Source: Macrostomum lignano (lineage: Eukaryota). From it: a stretch of DNA of 63,927 bases. The notes below the pieces were generated by a model. The model did not search any database and was not told the DNA's origin. It saw nothing but the letters and a program-made list of their open reading frames with translations. Below are positions 29,201 to 40,885 of the stretch, piece after piece. Both the position numbers and the translations under genes were made by a program. The first letter of the stretch is position 1. The number at the start of each line of letters is the position of its first letter. The stretch covers positions 1 to 63,927 of the forward strand of contig NIVC01002424.1 in assembly GCA_002269645.1 (NCBI GenBank), given 5' to 3'.

Positions 29201-32200
29201 CTATTTCCAGACCCTCGCTTGCTGCTTTGATTTTTCTTTCGGTCTCGGCTGCTCGCATGACCGCCTGGTGGTAGATATTGAAAAGCACTGGCGAGGTCGC
29301 ACATCCTTCTCGCAGTCCTCTCTGGGGAAAGAATGTCTGGCTGTTCTCGTCCTCGGTGTGTATCTTGTAGGCGGTGTTTTCGTGCAGGTCTTTAAGTTTA
29401 TCAATCATCTTCTCTGGCATCCCGTGGTGTGCCAACAGTTTCCATAATGCTGGCTTATTCACTCTTGGGTAGGCTTTTTCAGGTTTTTCCTCGTTGTTTT
29501 CGTCGTTTTCTTCACTTTCCTCGTTCTCCGTGTTTGCTCGTGCTTCCCTCATCAGTGTTGCGTCTTCTTGGAGTCTCAGGATAATCTGGGTGGCGTCCAT
29601 TGTCGATCTGTTACGCCTGAAGCCTGCTTGATTTTCGTCTAGGCACTCGGTTTCCTCCGCCGACTTGTTAATTCGGGTTGCGATTATTCTCGCCAGTATT
29701 CTGCTTGTGATTGGAAGTAGGCATACTCCTCGGTAATTGTTCAGATTCTTTTTGTCACCCTTCTTATGCAGAGGGATTATTAGACCAAGTTTTTGGCTCT
29801 CTCTCCACTTCTTTGCTGGTTCTTCCCAGAGTCTCGTAATCTCGGTGAAACATTCTTCTTTTACGGTTTCGTTTGCCGCCCTGGTGTAGATTTGTCTAAC
29901 TTCATCCTCTCCGGGTGCTCCATTCTTCATCTTGTTCAACTCTCTCTCGAATTCTGTCTTAGTGATGGGTTCGATCAGGGCTGTGTTTGCTATCCTTCGC
30001 ACTTCTTCGGTCACTTGAGGCTTTTCAAGCGCGTCAATCCTGGTCATCATGGTCGTTGGGTCGTTCTCGAAGCGATCTTTCTGCACTAATTCGAGGTGTT
30101 CTTTGAAATCGCTTGCACTGAACAGATCTTTCCCCCTGCTTTGGTTTTGGTTTCCCATCTCCGTTATACCCATTTCTTTGAGGTTTTCGTACATCCCTGC
30201 GATATTTCCTTTCTCGCAATTTTCTTTGCACTTTTGAGCAAGTCTGTCCCACCAGTCCTCCTCCCACTGCGTAAGTTTCTCGTTCTTCTTCCTTTTCTCA
30301 CGGAGTTCTTGCTTCTTTGTTTCCAGGTTTCTTCTGTCTTCTTCGCTTCGCGTTTCTAGCCATCTGCGGTTTGCTTCGTTTCTCTCCTTCAGTGCGTCTT
30401 TGATGCCTAAGTTAAGTACCCTTAGTTCACCTTCCTTCCCGGCAAGCCATGGGTTTGTTTGTCTTTTCTTGATTCCGCATACGGCCTCTGCTGTCTTCAC
30501 TAGGTTTGCCTCCATTGTTTCCCATTGGTTCTCTCTTGTTTTCTGGTACGTTTCTTTTGCGAATCTTTCTCGTATTTCAACTTCTCTGAGTTTTTCCCAT
30601 TCGATCCTCTTCCTCTTTTGCTTCTTTATCGCTGTCGCCTTGTTCTTCTTGATGATCTTCTTGATTTGTTTCGTCAAGTTCGGGTGTATCCAAAGGACCT
30701 TCGGTAGGTGATCTGATAGCTTCGGGCTGTGGTCCGTGTACACTTTTCTCACGGTCTTGTGCCTCTGGTCTTTTCTTACCAGGAAACCGTCCAGTTCGTA
30801 CCATCTCTTCGTTTTTGGGTGTTTCCAAGTGCCCCCTTCTTTTGCTTGAAAAAGGAGCTTGTCCATACCAGGTTCCACTCTTCCATCCATAGCATTAAAT
30901 CTATTCCTTGTTCGTTAGCCGTTTGCATGTTACATTTTCCTATGCAGCTGAACGGGGTACCAGATTTCGGGTTCATTCTTGTGTTGTTGCTTCCTACTGA
31001 TGCATTGAAGTCGCCCCCGATGAAAATGGCTTTCTTTTGTCTTACCGTTGTCATGAGTCTTTCGAGTTCATTCCGTATTTCTGAGGTTGTCTTGTCGTAG
31101 CCTTCGACGCCTTTGACTGGTTGGTATACCGAGATTAGTATGCAGTCACCTAATTCAATTGCCAGGCTTCTTTCTTGTGGATGCATCTTCCTTCCTTCTT
31201 TTAACCACAATAGCCATGCTGGTTCTGATAGTAGGATTCCTACTCTTCCGGAGTGAATTAAGTGGCTTGTTCCTTTGTTAGTCCTATACTCCCTGATTCC
31301 CACTTTGGTTTCTTGGGTTTCCGTGATTAAGGTAATTTGCCATTTATAGGCTGTCTTTACGATTTCGCCAAACCTTGCCGATCCGATGTTGGCTCGCTGT
31401 ACATTCCAGGTTGCAATCTTTATCCTTGCTTCTTTCCATTCCGATTCTGCTTCTTCGGTTTTCTGTTTTATTTGTTTTTCTTTTCTTTTCTTTCTTCTTA
31501 GTGTTCTCCTCTTATTTCTTGCTCTTCTTTGATCTGCGTTCCTAGGTCCTGGATTATTCTCAATGGTGCACAGGTCCTTCTCAATCCTTGTCTTAACCGA
31601 TCTCTCCGATTCTTTTCCTAGTTCTCCTTCCTCTTCCTCGTCCGAGTTGGCACTAGGGTGCCTCACTTTTTTGTTGTTTATAGAGGTGTGGACCGTGGTT
31701 AGTGGGCCACCACTCTGTTGAAGAGGGTTTCGTCCACGGACCTCAGGTGTTACTCTGAGTCCGCGGGCTCTTCCCCCCCCCTTTTTGGCTTCTTCTTTGC
31801 CAGCCGATTTCTCGGGCAGTCCGCTTGGCACTTGTGCGTCTGCACGAAAGTGGGAAGCCGTTCGCCAAGCTAGTATATTCTTCAACGCTAATGTTGTTTC
31901 GTCTTCCTCGGCCCAATTTTTCCAAGCCCCTGTGAAGACCGATTCTGCTGCTCTCTTTTTATTTTTTCGTAAATCCTATGCATTTCTGCAAAGGCTCTAC
32001 GCCTTTTTTCCTTCTTTTTTGGCTTTTTTGATTTTTCGTTTTTTCATAATAGGTTTCTTGGTTCCAGGACCCGTAGGTAGTAATTTCTCGATTAGGTTAC
32101 AGGTAGCTTCATTTCCCCTCTTCTAAGAGCTTGCAGATAACATTGCAATACTCACCAAGTTCCACGCACTTATTTTTTCTAAGCCAGGCAATAATATGTT

Positions 32201-33350
32201 CATTATTGTCGCTACTAACACCTTTGGAATAACAGCTGTTCTTAGGAATAGTAGTCTGCTGATCTATGCCATTGTTTTCAAAACTTTCTTCTGAGTCTGA
32301 GCCCCAAATTTTGTTTTTAACTTCTTCTGGAATGTCATGCTTAGCGAAATCGGTATTTCCGTTCTTACTAGATGAACTAACAGCTTAAATCTGGCCACCT
32401 TCATGACCTACCAAGTCAAGCTCCGGCAGGTGGCCGGCGGACACCGGACCCAAATCCTGACCAGACGCCAAGCTGCCAGTTACATCGTCGTTTTTGTATT
32501 GACTTTTTTTGGAATTTTCGGAATTTTTTGTTAAATTCGACTTATTTGAGTAGCCATCGACCTCACCTGACTCAAAGATAGTGGGCATGGCACCCGGACC
32601 CTTAGGATTCGTATCCCGGCCACTGTCTATGGTCTCACCCCCTGCCTCTGTTGCTAGGTCTTCTTTTTTGTTGGTTTTCTGAGTTGTATTCGCTTTTTTT
32701 GTTTTCTTGGTTGGCTTCTGTCTTACTAGTTACTTTGTACTTCTCGCTAGGTCTTTTTCAGTCTTTTCTAGTCTTTTTTCAAATTGCTTCCTTCTAACCT
32801 TCCTCAGCTCATCGACACTACCTCTAACTCCTGTTACGACAGCTATCTGAACTTCTTCTAGAATCTCATCATTCTCGCTAACTTTATTACGGGCTTCGTT
32901 TCTGAGTTTTTCCACAAGTAATTTGTAAGTCTTGGTTCTTTTAGCGCTCTTAATGCTGTCTAGAGTTCTCTCAGGTAATATTTTCGCTCTCATAACCACG
33001 TCGTTTACTGGTACGAAGTTAATATCAAATTTGGCTTCAAAACTAGCTAGTATGTATAATTCCTCATCAGACCATCTTTTTTTGGTGCCCGGTAGGGCCG
33101 AGCATTTTATAGAATGGTAGTAGTCAGGATGAGTCTGTCTTTGATGATTGCTAAGCCCCGCTCTAGTACTAAATTTGCCGTCACACTCACTGCAGGCATA
33201 CCCACCACTGGCCTGACCTATCCCCCTGGAGTGACACCTATTTTGCCCATCAGCAGAGGCCGACAGGTCTGTATCGTTATTTTTATTCGTAGCAATAGGA
33301 TGTCACAGAAGACCCGGGCTGCTAACCCAGGCCCCCCGAATTAAACAGTG
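26234..33350 (-). pseudogene. R2-clade non-LTR retrotransposon ORF (ZnF-Myb-RT), 3'-truncated, split by RTE
   Basis: C2H2 YACSECDGKFSTRAGLSNHQRQTH (33200-33129). Myb RWSDEE...PERTLDSIK (33077-32920). RRRAFAEMHRIY, AAGPDG, RTILIPK, FRPLSI, QRGF, LDLKKAFDSV, GVKQGDPLSPILFN, AFADD, APLRPQQR, HWKENLNTTIDG. No C-terminal CCHC or endonuclease domain seen. Confidence 0.88.
27745..31870 (-). mobile_element. RTE-clade non-LTR retrotransposon (APE-RT-ZnF), two frameshifts
   Basis: IATWNVQ, GGDFNA, SDHLP, NYRGVCLL, QAGFR, GLREGCATSPVLFNIY, LFADD, and four C-terminal C2H2/C2HC fingers. (GAA)n tail. 13-bp TSD TAGTATATTCTTC at 27732-27744 and 31871-31883; removal rejoins the R2 ORF (NISVEEYT|KFW). Confidence 0.9.
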
Positions 33351-34022
33351 GAATTAAGCCGCAGCACCGAGGTACGTTTGAAGAATGAGGGAAGAAAAAA
33401 GGCGGAGAGGAAGAAGCTGAAAAGAGAGGATGAAGGGAGTGATGTGGACTAAGAAAGGTTGAGGAAGCCAGATTGAAGATGAGAGCAGGAGATGAAGCGG
33501 TGAGACAGAACAGAGGAAAGACACGTACCCCGGCACTCCGTTGCCCGACTCTCGCCTCGTGGAGGCATCAAGCACTGTCTGACAGGGATTAGCACTACGG
33601 CGTCACCAAGACGAGCCAGATCTGCTATCGTGCTTTTACCCTGCGATCATCAACATTCGAATCGAAACCCGGACCCGCCTAAGCGGAGACCAACTAGATG
33701 AAAGTATGTTAAAGTTCGAGCCGCACCCGACCATAGCGCGTACAGGCCCGATCCTGATCCGTGTTTCAATCCGAACGAAGTTCCCCCTACTCCAAGGGCG
33801 TACCTACAGAGCAAGGATCCCACCGGTGAGAATCGAACCACCAGACCGAACCGGGTGCGGGGGGCCACCCAATCCGAAGGCAGAACAATCCTCACAATCA
33901 TCCGCACTAGAAGCAAAGCTTTAGCCCGGAATCCTGATCAGTTATGTTTACCCTCTACCAGGTTTCCCCGGTAGTGGAGCCATTTTTCGAACTGGAGCTC
34001 CCCGGCATCCAGCCGCCATTAC

Positions 34023-35024
34023 TGAACAGTCCTCCAGGCTTCGGCGAAGCTTCTGCCAAGCTTAAGTCTCAGGCCTCTTCTTCCGTGGGAAGTCTTCTTA
34101 GCTCTTAGTAGCGTAGGTAGTGCTGCCACCAGTTCCTTCAGGTCTCGGCCTTCGATGAGGTGAGCTTCCCGTCGGAACGAAATACACAAGTCAACAAACT
34201 CAACACGACGTGCAGACTTGCAGCTCAACGTAAAGGCGTCTCGTTAGCAGTACCTGCCGGGCTTGGTTGGTACAGGGAGGGCTGTGTTAGTCTCTCTTAG
34301 GCTAGGGTTGGCTTTAGTAGGGTCGCAGTCAGACCAATAGGAGAGAGCTCAGTGTATGCAAACACTTAAAGAACAGTCGTTCAGTACAGACACTGGGAAA
34401 CGCTGAAAACTAGGAACTCCTTGACGGAAACAAGGGGAGAGGGGTCCTATTTATAGCGCGGGATTCACCTCTAGCCCATTGCACAAGATCTCGTGACTCG
34501 TTCTATTTTGAGAACTAACGTCACTCAGGGCCTCCGGGCAGGGTCCCAATCCGCGCAAGACCTCGTGACTCGTTCTATTTTTAGACCTGACGTCACTTGG
34601 GGTCTTCGGGCAGAGTACGCGTGGCTGTGACTCAGTTGCTATTTTTAGCAACATGAATCACTCCTCTCCTTAGAGAAGGAAGGGGGCCGTAAGCACGTGA
34701 CTCTCCAAGTAAACAGGACCAGCGAGTGCAATAACTTGTTTACTGCACTTTAGGACTCCAAGAACGAGAGGCTTGTCATGTGACTGGCTCACATGACAGG
34801 GGAAACTGAGACTGACGAAATAAAGACAGCCCACAGCAGAGAAGCTGAGGGCTGAGAAACGAAGTGCAAAACGGACAGAAGGAGGGACAGGAGCAGCAAC
34901 AGACAGCCAAAAGGAAGGAGGCGCGAAGCTGACCAGCGGCAGACAGCAACCCAGGGCGAGGGCGAGGGCAAGGGCAACTGCTGACAAAGTGCGACGCCTA
35001 ACACTAAAATAGCGGATTACTACA
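34023..35024 (-). repeat. LTR-like element (LTR-C), about 1 kb
   Basis: Starts TGTAGTAATCCGCTATTTTAG (compare LTR-B TGTAGTAGGGCATTATTTTAG). Two 72-bp repeats at 34484 and 34556, TATAAAT near 34450, GGAACTGGTGGCAGC at 34131 as in LTR-A/B, and a CA end 109 nt later. No TSD. Confidence 0.6.
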
Positions 35025-36180
35025 GCTGTATTGACTAGAAAAATTAAGTTGCGGCTGTAAGAAGCTCAGCTCTAATAAAAAAAGCAATTCTTTAAACACT
35101 TTTCAGGCGGGCCACTGCAGGCACCCTGAACCCCCTTCTATCCCATTTTCTAGTGTCTAGGTCGAAACTGTGCACTCCAGTGGCATCAGCTTTATTATAC
35201 CAGCGCTTAGCTAGGCTCCAAATGCGCTCTTTGATCATAGGCATCTTAGTGATGTAGTGCAAATAGCTAATTATTGTGTACGCTGGGGCATCAAGGGACA
35301 CCCTGAGTGCCTTGTTCTGCATCAGCTGAAGCTTATTGAGCTGTACATCCGTGAGATATATCAGCACTGGAGCACCATAGACCATACAACTCTCTATGTA
35401 CAATCTATAGATTAGTCTGAGCCCTAGCTGAGAGATTCCAGTCTTTGGCTAAGCTTTGAAGCGCGAACAATTTATTTTGAGCAGCATGCACGATTTTGGC
35501 CAGGTGTGGCTTAAAGGTGAGCTGTTTTTCGAGGATAATACCTAAGAAGGAGACGGAGTCATGGTAAGGGATGGACTGATTTCCAAGTAACAGGGGGGGG
35601 CTTGTCAGGCCCAGTACGTTGGTTGCCCAGAGGCTTAAAGAACAAAATCGCTGTGCTCTTATTGGGGTTGATAATAATCCCAACTTCGTCAAGCCAGACC
35701 TGAGCTTTCTTGAAGTAGGCGTTAAGAAGTTTAGCTGAGATTGAGGATGTCCTGGCGCTCGCCCAAACCGCCAGATCATCCGCATATTGACTAACATGTA
35801 CCTTTCTATCAGCAGGCAGTGGAATATTGTTGACATATACCAGGAAGAGCAGCGGCGAGAAAACTCCCCCCCCCTGTGGAACTCCAGCTGCCGGGGAGAA
35901 GCTCTCGCTAAGAGCCCCTCCAACCTGGACCTGCAGATCTCTATCGTCAAGATAGCTGGAAACTGACCTCGTTAGGCAATGGGGTAGACCACTTTCAAGG
36001 AGATCTAACCGTAGCGAGTCATGCCAGACTCCATCGAAGGCACCTTCAACGTCAAAGAAGACCCCAAGGGTGTACTGACTGAGTTGCAGCATCTTGAGGA
36101 CGTCATCAGTAATCCTAACTATGTTATCGAAGGTGCAATCATCTTGTCTATATGCACATTGATCTGGACTAATGATATTG
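35025..36180 (-). pseudogene. LINE1-family RT 3' fragment (LINE4)
   Basis: DQCAYRQD, FFDVEGAFD, GVPQG, QYADD, YGAP, LQLMQNKALR. Closely parallels LINE1 ORF2. Confidence 0.9.
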
Positions 36181-37641
36181 CGGTTAGGGTTAGGGTTAGG
36201 TTAATAGAGGCAAACTAGCAATCAGCGCCCCCCGTTGGGGAGCCAAAAAAATGCAGTACAAGATTTTTTAATAAACTACATGTAAGCGTCTCTTTGCATT
36301 ATACCTTGTAAGCCTTGACATGTCAGAAAATCCCCCCACAAGCCTTAGCATATCAACCCCCTTGACATCTTAGCAATGCCCCATAAGCCTTGCAATCTTA
36401 AAAAATCTGTCAACCTTCTAACCCTAGCCCTAACCCTAAACCTAACCCTAACCCTAACCCTAAACCTAACCCTAAACCTAACCCTAATCCTAACCCCACC
36501 CTAATCCCTAATCCTAACCTTAATCCCTAATCCTAATGCTAACTCTCACCCAATCTCCTTCCGCCTCTGGTCCCCTGGTATCTTAATCTGTCTGGGTTAG
36601 GGATTAGGGTTAGTGTAAGGTAAGGTGAGGTTGGGTACTTGCTAATTGAAGCGACTGGGGCCCAGGTCCGCGGGAGATCCAGGGCACCACCAGGGAGGCT
36701 GGGGGAAGGAGGAGGAGGAGGGGGAGGAGGCACTGGCCCCCGCCACAGCGTCCTCGGGTACTGGGGTCTCAACCCAGACCGGAACAGGGCGACGGGATCC
36801 ATTGCACCCTAACCCTAACCATTGCACAAGATCTAGGTTAGGGTTAGGGTTAGGGTTAGGGTTAGGCTAGAATTAGAAAGTAGACAGATTTTTTAAGATT
36901 TCAAGGCTTTTAGGGGCATCGCTGAGATGTCAAGGGGGAAGTTGATATGTTAAGGCTTGTGGGGGAAATTGCTGACATGTCAAGGCTTACAAGGGACTGC
37001 TGAGGTAAAATGCAAAGAGACGCTACATGTAGTTTATTAAAACAACTTGTACTGCATTTTTTGGCTCCCCAACGGGGGGCGCTGATTGCTAGCTGATTGC
37101 TAGTCCTAAACCTGACAAACCAAAAGGTCAGGTGGACAGCTACCGTCCAATTTGCCTCTATTAACCTAACCCTAACCCTAACCGCAATATCATTAGTCCA
37201 GATCAATGTGCATATAGACAAGATGATTGCACCTTCGATAACATAGTTAGGATTACTGATGACGTCCTCAAGATGCTGCAACTCAGTCAGTACACCCTTG
37301 GGGTCTTCTTTGACGTTGAAGGTGCCTTCGATGGAGTCTGGCATGACTCGCTACGGTTAGATCTCCTTGAAAGTGGTCTACCCCATTGCCTAACGAGGTC
37401 AGTTTCCAGCTATCTTGACGATAGAGATCTGCAGGTCCAGGTTGGAGGGGCTCTTAGCGAGAGCTTCTCCCCGGCAGCTGGAGTTCCACAGGGGGGGGGA
37501 GTTTTCTCGCCGCTGCTCTTCCTGGTATATGTCAACAATATTCCACTGCCTGCTGATAGAAAGGTACATGTTAGTCAATATGCGGATGATCTGGCGGTTT
37601 GGGCGAGCTCCAGAACATCCTCAATCTCAGCTAAACTTCTT
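35724..37641. repeat. Nested palindrome, 1.9 kb
   Basis: Outer arms 35724-36214 and 37151-37641 (491 bp, near-identical). Inner arms ~36215-36480 and ~36835-37092 (more diverged). TTAGGG/CCCTAA tracts at 36181-36200, 36419-36540, 36835-36870 and 37163-37183. Confidence 0.9.
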
Positions 37642-37869
37642 GACAGGGGAAACCAAGACTGACGGAACGAGGTCAGCCCACAGCAGAGAAGCTGGGGGCT
37701 GAGAAACGAAGGGCAAAGCGGGCAGAAGAAGGAAGGGAGCAGCAACAGACAGACAAAAGGGGACCGGACGGGACGCTGCCCAGCGGCAGACAGCAACCCA
37801 GGGCGCGGGCCAGGCAAGGGCGACTGCTGACAGAGTGGGACGCCTAACATCAACTAGCGGATCACTACA
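37641..37869 (-). repeat. 5' fragment of an LTR-C-related LTR (LTR-D)
   Basis: Diverged direct repeat of 34796-35024 (TGACAGGGGAAAC...CAGCCCACAGCAGAGAAGCTG...CTACA). Confidence 0.75.
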
Positions 37870-38345
37870 ATAAACTCACTCTAATTTAATCCAGGTAAGC
37901 TATTGGCTGATTTTTTAACCCCCTCAATTCTCCTTCACACTGTACATAAAAGATTTTTTTAGTTTCTCAAAGCTTGTTGATAATAAACTGTTTACCAATC
38001 AAAAAGCTTTGCGAAATCAACAGCCAATCCGCGACAAGTGGGTGAATTAGAAAGATTTTTGACCATTCTTTTCTCTGATTGGTCATCCATATCTGACTAT
38101 TGATCTTTGCTTTGTACCCCCCCCCAATTAGTCCCAAATCATGCCATTGACATGATTCATCACGAGTGCCAATTGGGTGTGTAGGTTAGGGTTGTCCGAG
38201 AATGCTTTGTAATAAAAGTTGAGTGCACTAGGTGAATTTTTTTCTTAACCACAACAGCTTCAATTATCAAACACTTATTTGTGACAAGTTAAGGATATAA
38301 TTATTTTGTCCAGCTATATCATTCCAACAAACAAGCATTAGAGTC

Positions 38346-38930
38346 ATGCGATTGACAAGCCAAAAAAGCAAAGTGTGTATCGCTGCTCTGCTTCCGGGCC
38401 TGATGCACGCTGCTATCGTTGGTCTGGTAATGAGGCTGAGCAAAATCACGGACTTCGAAGGCAAAAGAGGACCAGCCCAAGTGTTCTCCTTCATCCTATG
38501 TGATGACACGGGCGAAATTCGAGTCAGCGTGTTTGGAAAGAATCTAAAGCCATTTTTGACCGTGTGTCAAGAGGGCGTCATCTTCTGCATATCTGGCGGC
38601 TATGTGAAGAAGGCTGATCCAAGCTACAGCACTACGGACAATGAGCACGAGATAACCGCTTCCACTGACTAACGTGGTACTATTAAGAGGACAGCCGAGA
38701 CAGTCTGTCGAAGTCCACCGATCTATAAGAAGATTAAAGAGACTTCCGGCAGTGAAATGAAGACGTAAGTGTAATTTTCTACCGTAAAAACTTAGTTATT
38801 TAGATTTCCAGTCAGTGAATTTGCCTACTAAATTATCAGTTTAATTCTTTCTATTAACCTTACCTCCCTTCGCACAACACATCACAGGAAATTTGACGTC
38901 TGTGGCACGATTGTGATGTTCAGAAACCAC
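38346..38930 (+). pseudogene. RPA1 (RPA70)-like OB-fold fragment with an intron
   Basis: VFSFILCDDTGEIRVSVF, FCISGGYVKKAD and EHEIT match RPA70 DBD-A. In-frame TAA at 38670. GTAAGT...CACAG intron 38765-38887 leads into KFDVCGTIV (DBD-B start). Truncated by a tandem array. Confidence 0.7.
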
Positions 38931-39640
38931 AGGACTCAGACCAGTTGGAATCTTCTGTCTCTGAATAGTCAGACTCTGACTCAGACCAGTTGGAGTCTTC
39001 TGTCTCTGAATAGTCAGACTCTGACTCAGACCAGTTGGAGTCTTCTGTCTCTGAATAGTCAGACTCTGAATCAGACCAGTTGGAGTCTTCTGTCTCTGAT
39101 AGTCAGACTCTGACTCAGACCAGTTGGAGTCTTCTGTCTCTGATAGTCAGAATCTGACTCAAACCAGTTGGAGTCTTCTGTCTCTGAATAGTCAGACTCT
39201 GACTCAGACCAGTTGGACTCTGACTCAGACCAGTTGGTGTCTTGTCTCTGAATAGTCAGACTCTGACTCAGACCAGTTGGTGTCTTGTCTGTGAATAGTC
39301 AGACTCTGACTCAGACCAGATGGTGTCTTGTCTGTGAATAGTCAGACTCTGACTCAGACCAGTTGGTGTCTTGTCTGTGAATAGTCAGACTCTGACTCAG
39401 ACCAGTTGGTGTCTTGTCTGTGAATAGTCAGACTCTGACTCAGACCAGATGGTGTCTTGTCTGTGAATAGTCAGACTCTGACTCAGACCAGTTGGTGTCT
39501 TGTCTGTGAATAGTCAGACTCTGACTCAGACCAGATGATGTCTTGTCTGTGAATAGTCAGACTCTGACTCAGACCAGATGGTGTCTTGTCTGTGAATAGT
39601 CAGACTCTGACTCAGACCAGTTGGAGTCTATCTGAATCAG
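38930..39640. repeat. 43-45-bp tandem array, about 16 units
   Basis: CAGACTCTGACTCAGACCAGTTGG(A/T)GTCTT(C)TGTCT(C/G)TGAATAGT, with internal hairpin GTCAG-ACT-CTGAC. Confidence 0.95.
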
Positions 39641-39895
39641 TTCTTGGCTCTCGGATTGCTCCATGCAGAGCTTTCAGTTTTTTATCAGGAATCAAAACTG
39701 AAATAATGTTTCGAAAATAAAATTTTTGCATACAAAAATTAGCTAAATATTTAAACTAGACTGTTGATGCTCATAATAGTGTAGCTGGAATCATACGTGC
39801 GTATTACTAAAAACTTTTTTATCACGTTAGTCGTGTCTTCAATAGCAAAACTCAAATTTAATTTAAAAAGGAATCCGAAAATCAACATGTGGTTT

Positions 39896-39935
39896 TTTCG
39901 ACGCGTTTCGCACACCAAGGTGCATCGTCAGGTAT
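39896..39935 (-). ncRNA. Minimal type I hammerhead ribozyme motif (Penelope-type)
   Basis: CUGACGA-U-GCAC/CUUGGU/GUGC-GAAA-CGCGUC with palindromic stem III (ACGCGU) and a GUC cleavage triplet. Stem I is only about 1 bp in this context. Confidence 0.6.
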
Positions 39936-40885
39936 ATTGTTTGAAACGAAAGGTGTGAGTAAGCGAATTTATAAATTATTTGTCAATGAAACGTATGTAG
40001 CTGGTGAGTAAGTATTTTGTATGTACAGAGTAGTAGGAGGTTGATAGTCCGTAGGGCGGGGCGAAAGCCAATAGGCAGAAAACAAAATATAACTCAATGA
40101 GCACTGGTTACAACAAGGTCAGTGCTCTCTCACTCAGAATACACGGAAAACATGGCCTGCACACTGTGTTGGAGTTGCGTATTAAGGGTGGGCGACTGGT
40201 TTTTTATTTACAAGGCTACTAAGATCTTGAGCTTGTGATCAGATGGGCATTGATCGATGATTTTAAAGCGTTCTTCAGGTGTACAATTAGAGCAACTGTT
40301 ACATTCCAAAAGGTGGGTTTGGATGGCCGACGGTTTGAGCCAGTGCTCCCTAGTTCTAGTGTGCAGGTGTCTTTTGGTCTTCCCCACGTAGGAGGGAGAT
40401 CGGAGACGCTCTGATCAACAGAGCAGTTGAAACAGTAGACAACACCTGCACACAGATCACGGGGTACACGTGAATTTAACCGACCGACAAAACTGCAACT
40501 TTGGAAGAGCGGAAAATAATGCGAATTGGGCTGTTGAAAGAGTTGTGGAATAATTTGCAAATCCTGTTTTTGAAGGTGAGAGAAGGATGGCTAAAGAAAG
40601 GGAGAATGAGGGTTGGTTCACTAAGGTAAATGTAGTCAGGTTTGGAAACTTTTAGTTGATTCATTCTTTCAGAAATTAATTGTGGATGTTGTGGTGGATG
40701 AAGGCAGAAGGGTAACCGTTTTGTTGGAGCATTTTGGTCAGGAATCTAATTTCTTGGTCAAAGTTGATCCAGGAGTTGCAGACAGTGTAGGCTCTGTGAA
40801 GCAAGCATCTTACTCACCAGCTACATACGTTTCATTGACAAATAATTTATAAATTCGCTTACTCACACCTTTCGTTTCAAACAAT

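Noticed and set aside
33500-33835. HDV-like ribozyme for the R2 5' end (GCC-UCCACGA-GGC, GAGAGUC, GG on minus)
   Set aside because: P3/L3 and a possible P1 exist, but I could not build P2 or a C-N-R-A junction; needs a descriptor search.
36181-37183. True telomere or telomere-specific TRAS/SART insertion
   Set aside because: Tracts are short, degenerate and internal, and the repeats adjoin the truncated 5' side of the RT rather than a 3' tail.
38930-39640. CRISPR-like appearance of the 43-45-bp hairpin array (also the 110-bp and 18-bp arrays)
   Set aside because: Units are head-to-tail with no unique spacers, there are no cas genes, and the context is eukaryotic.
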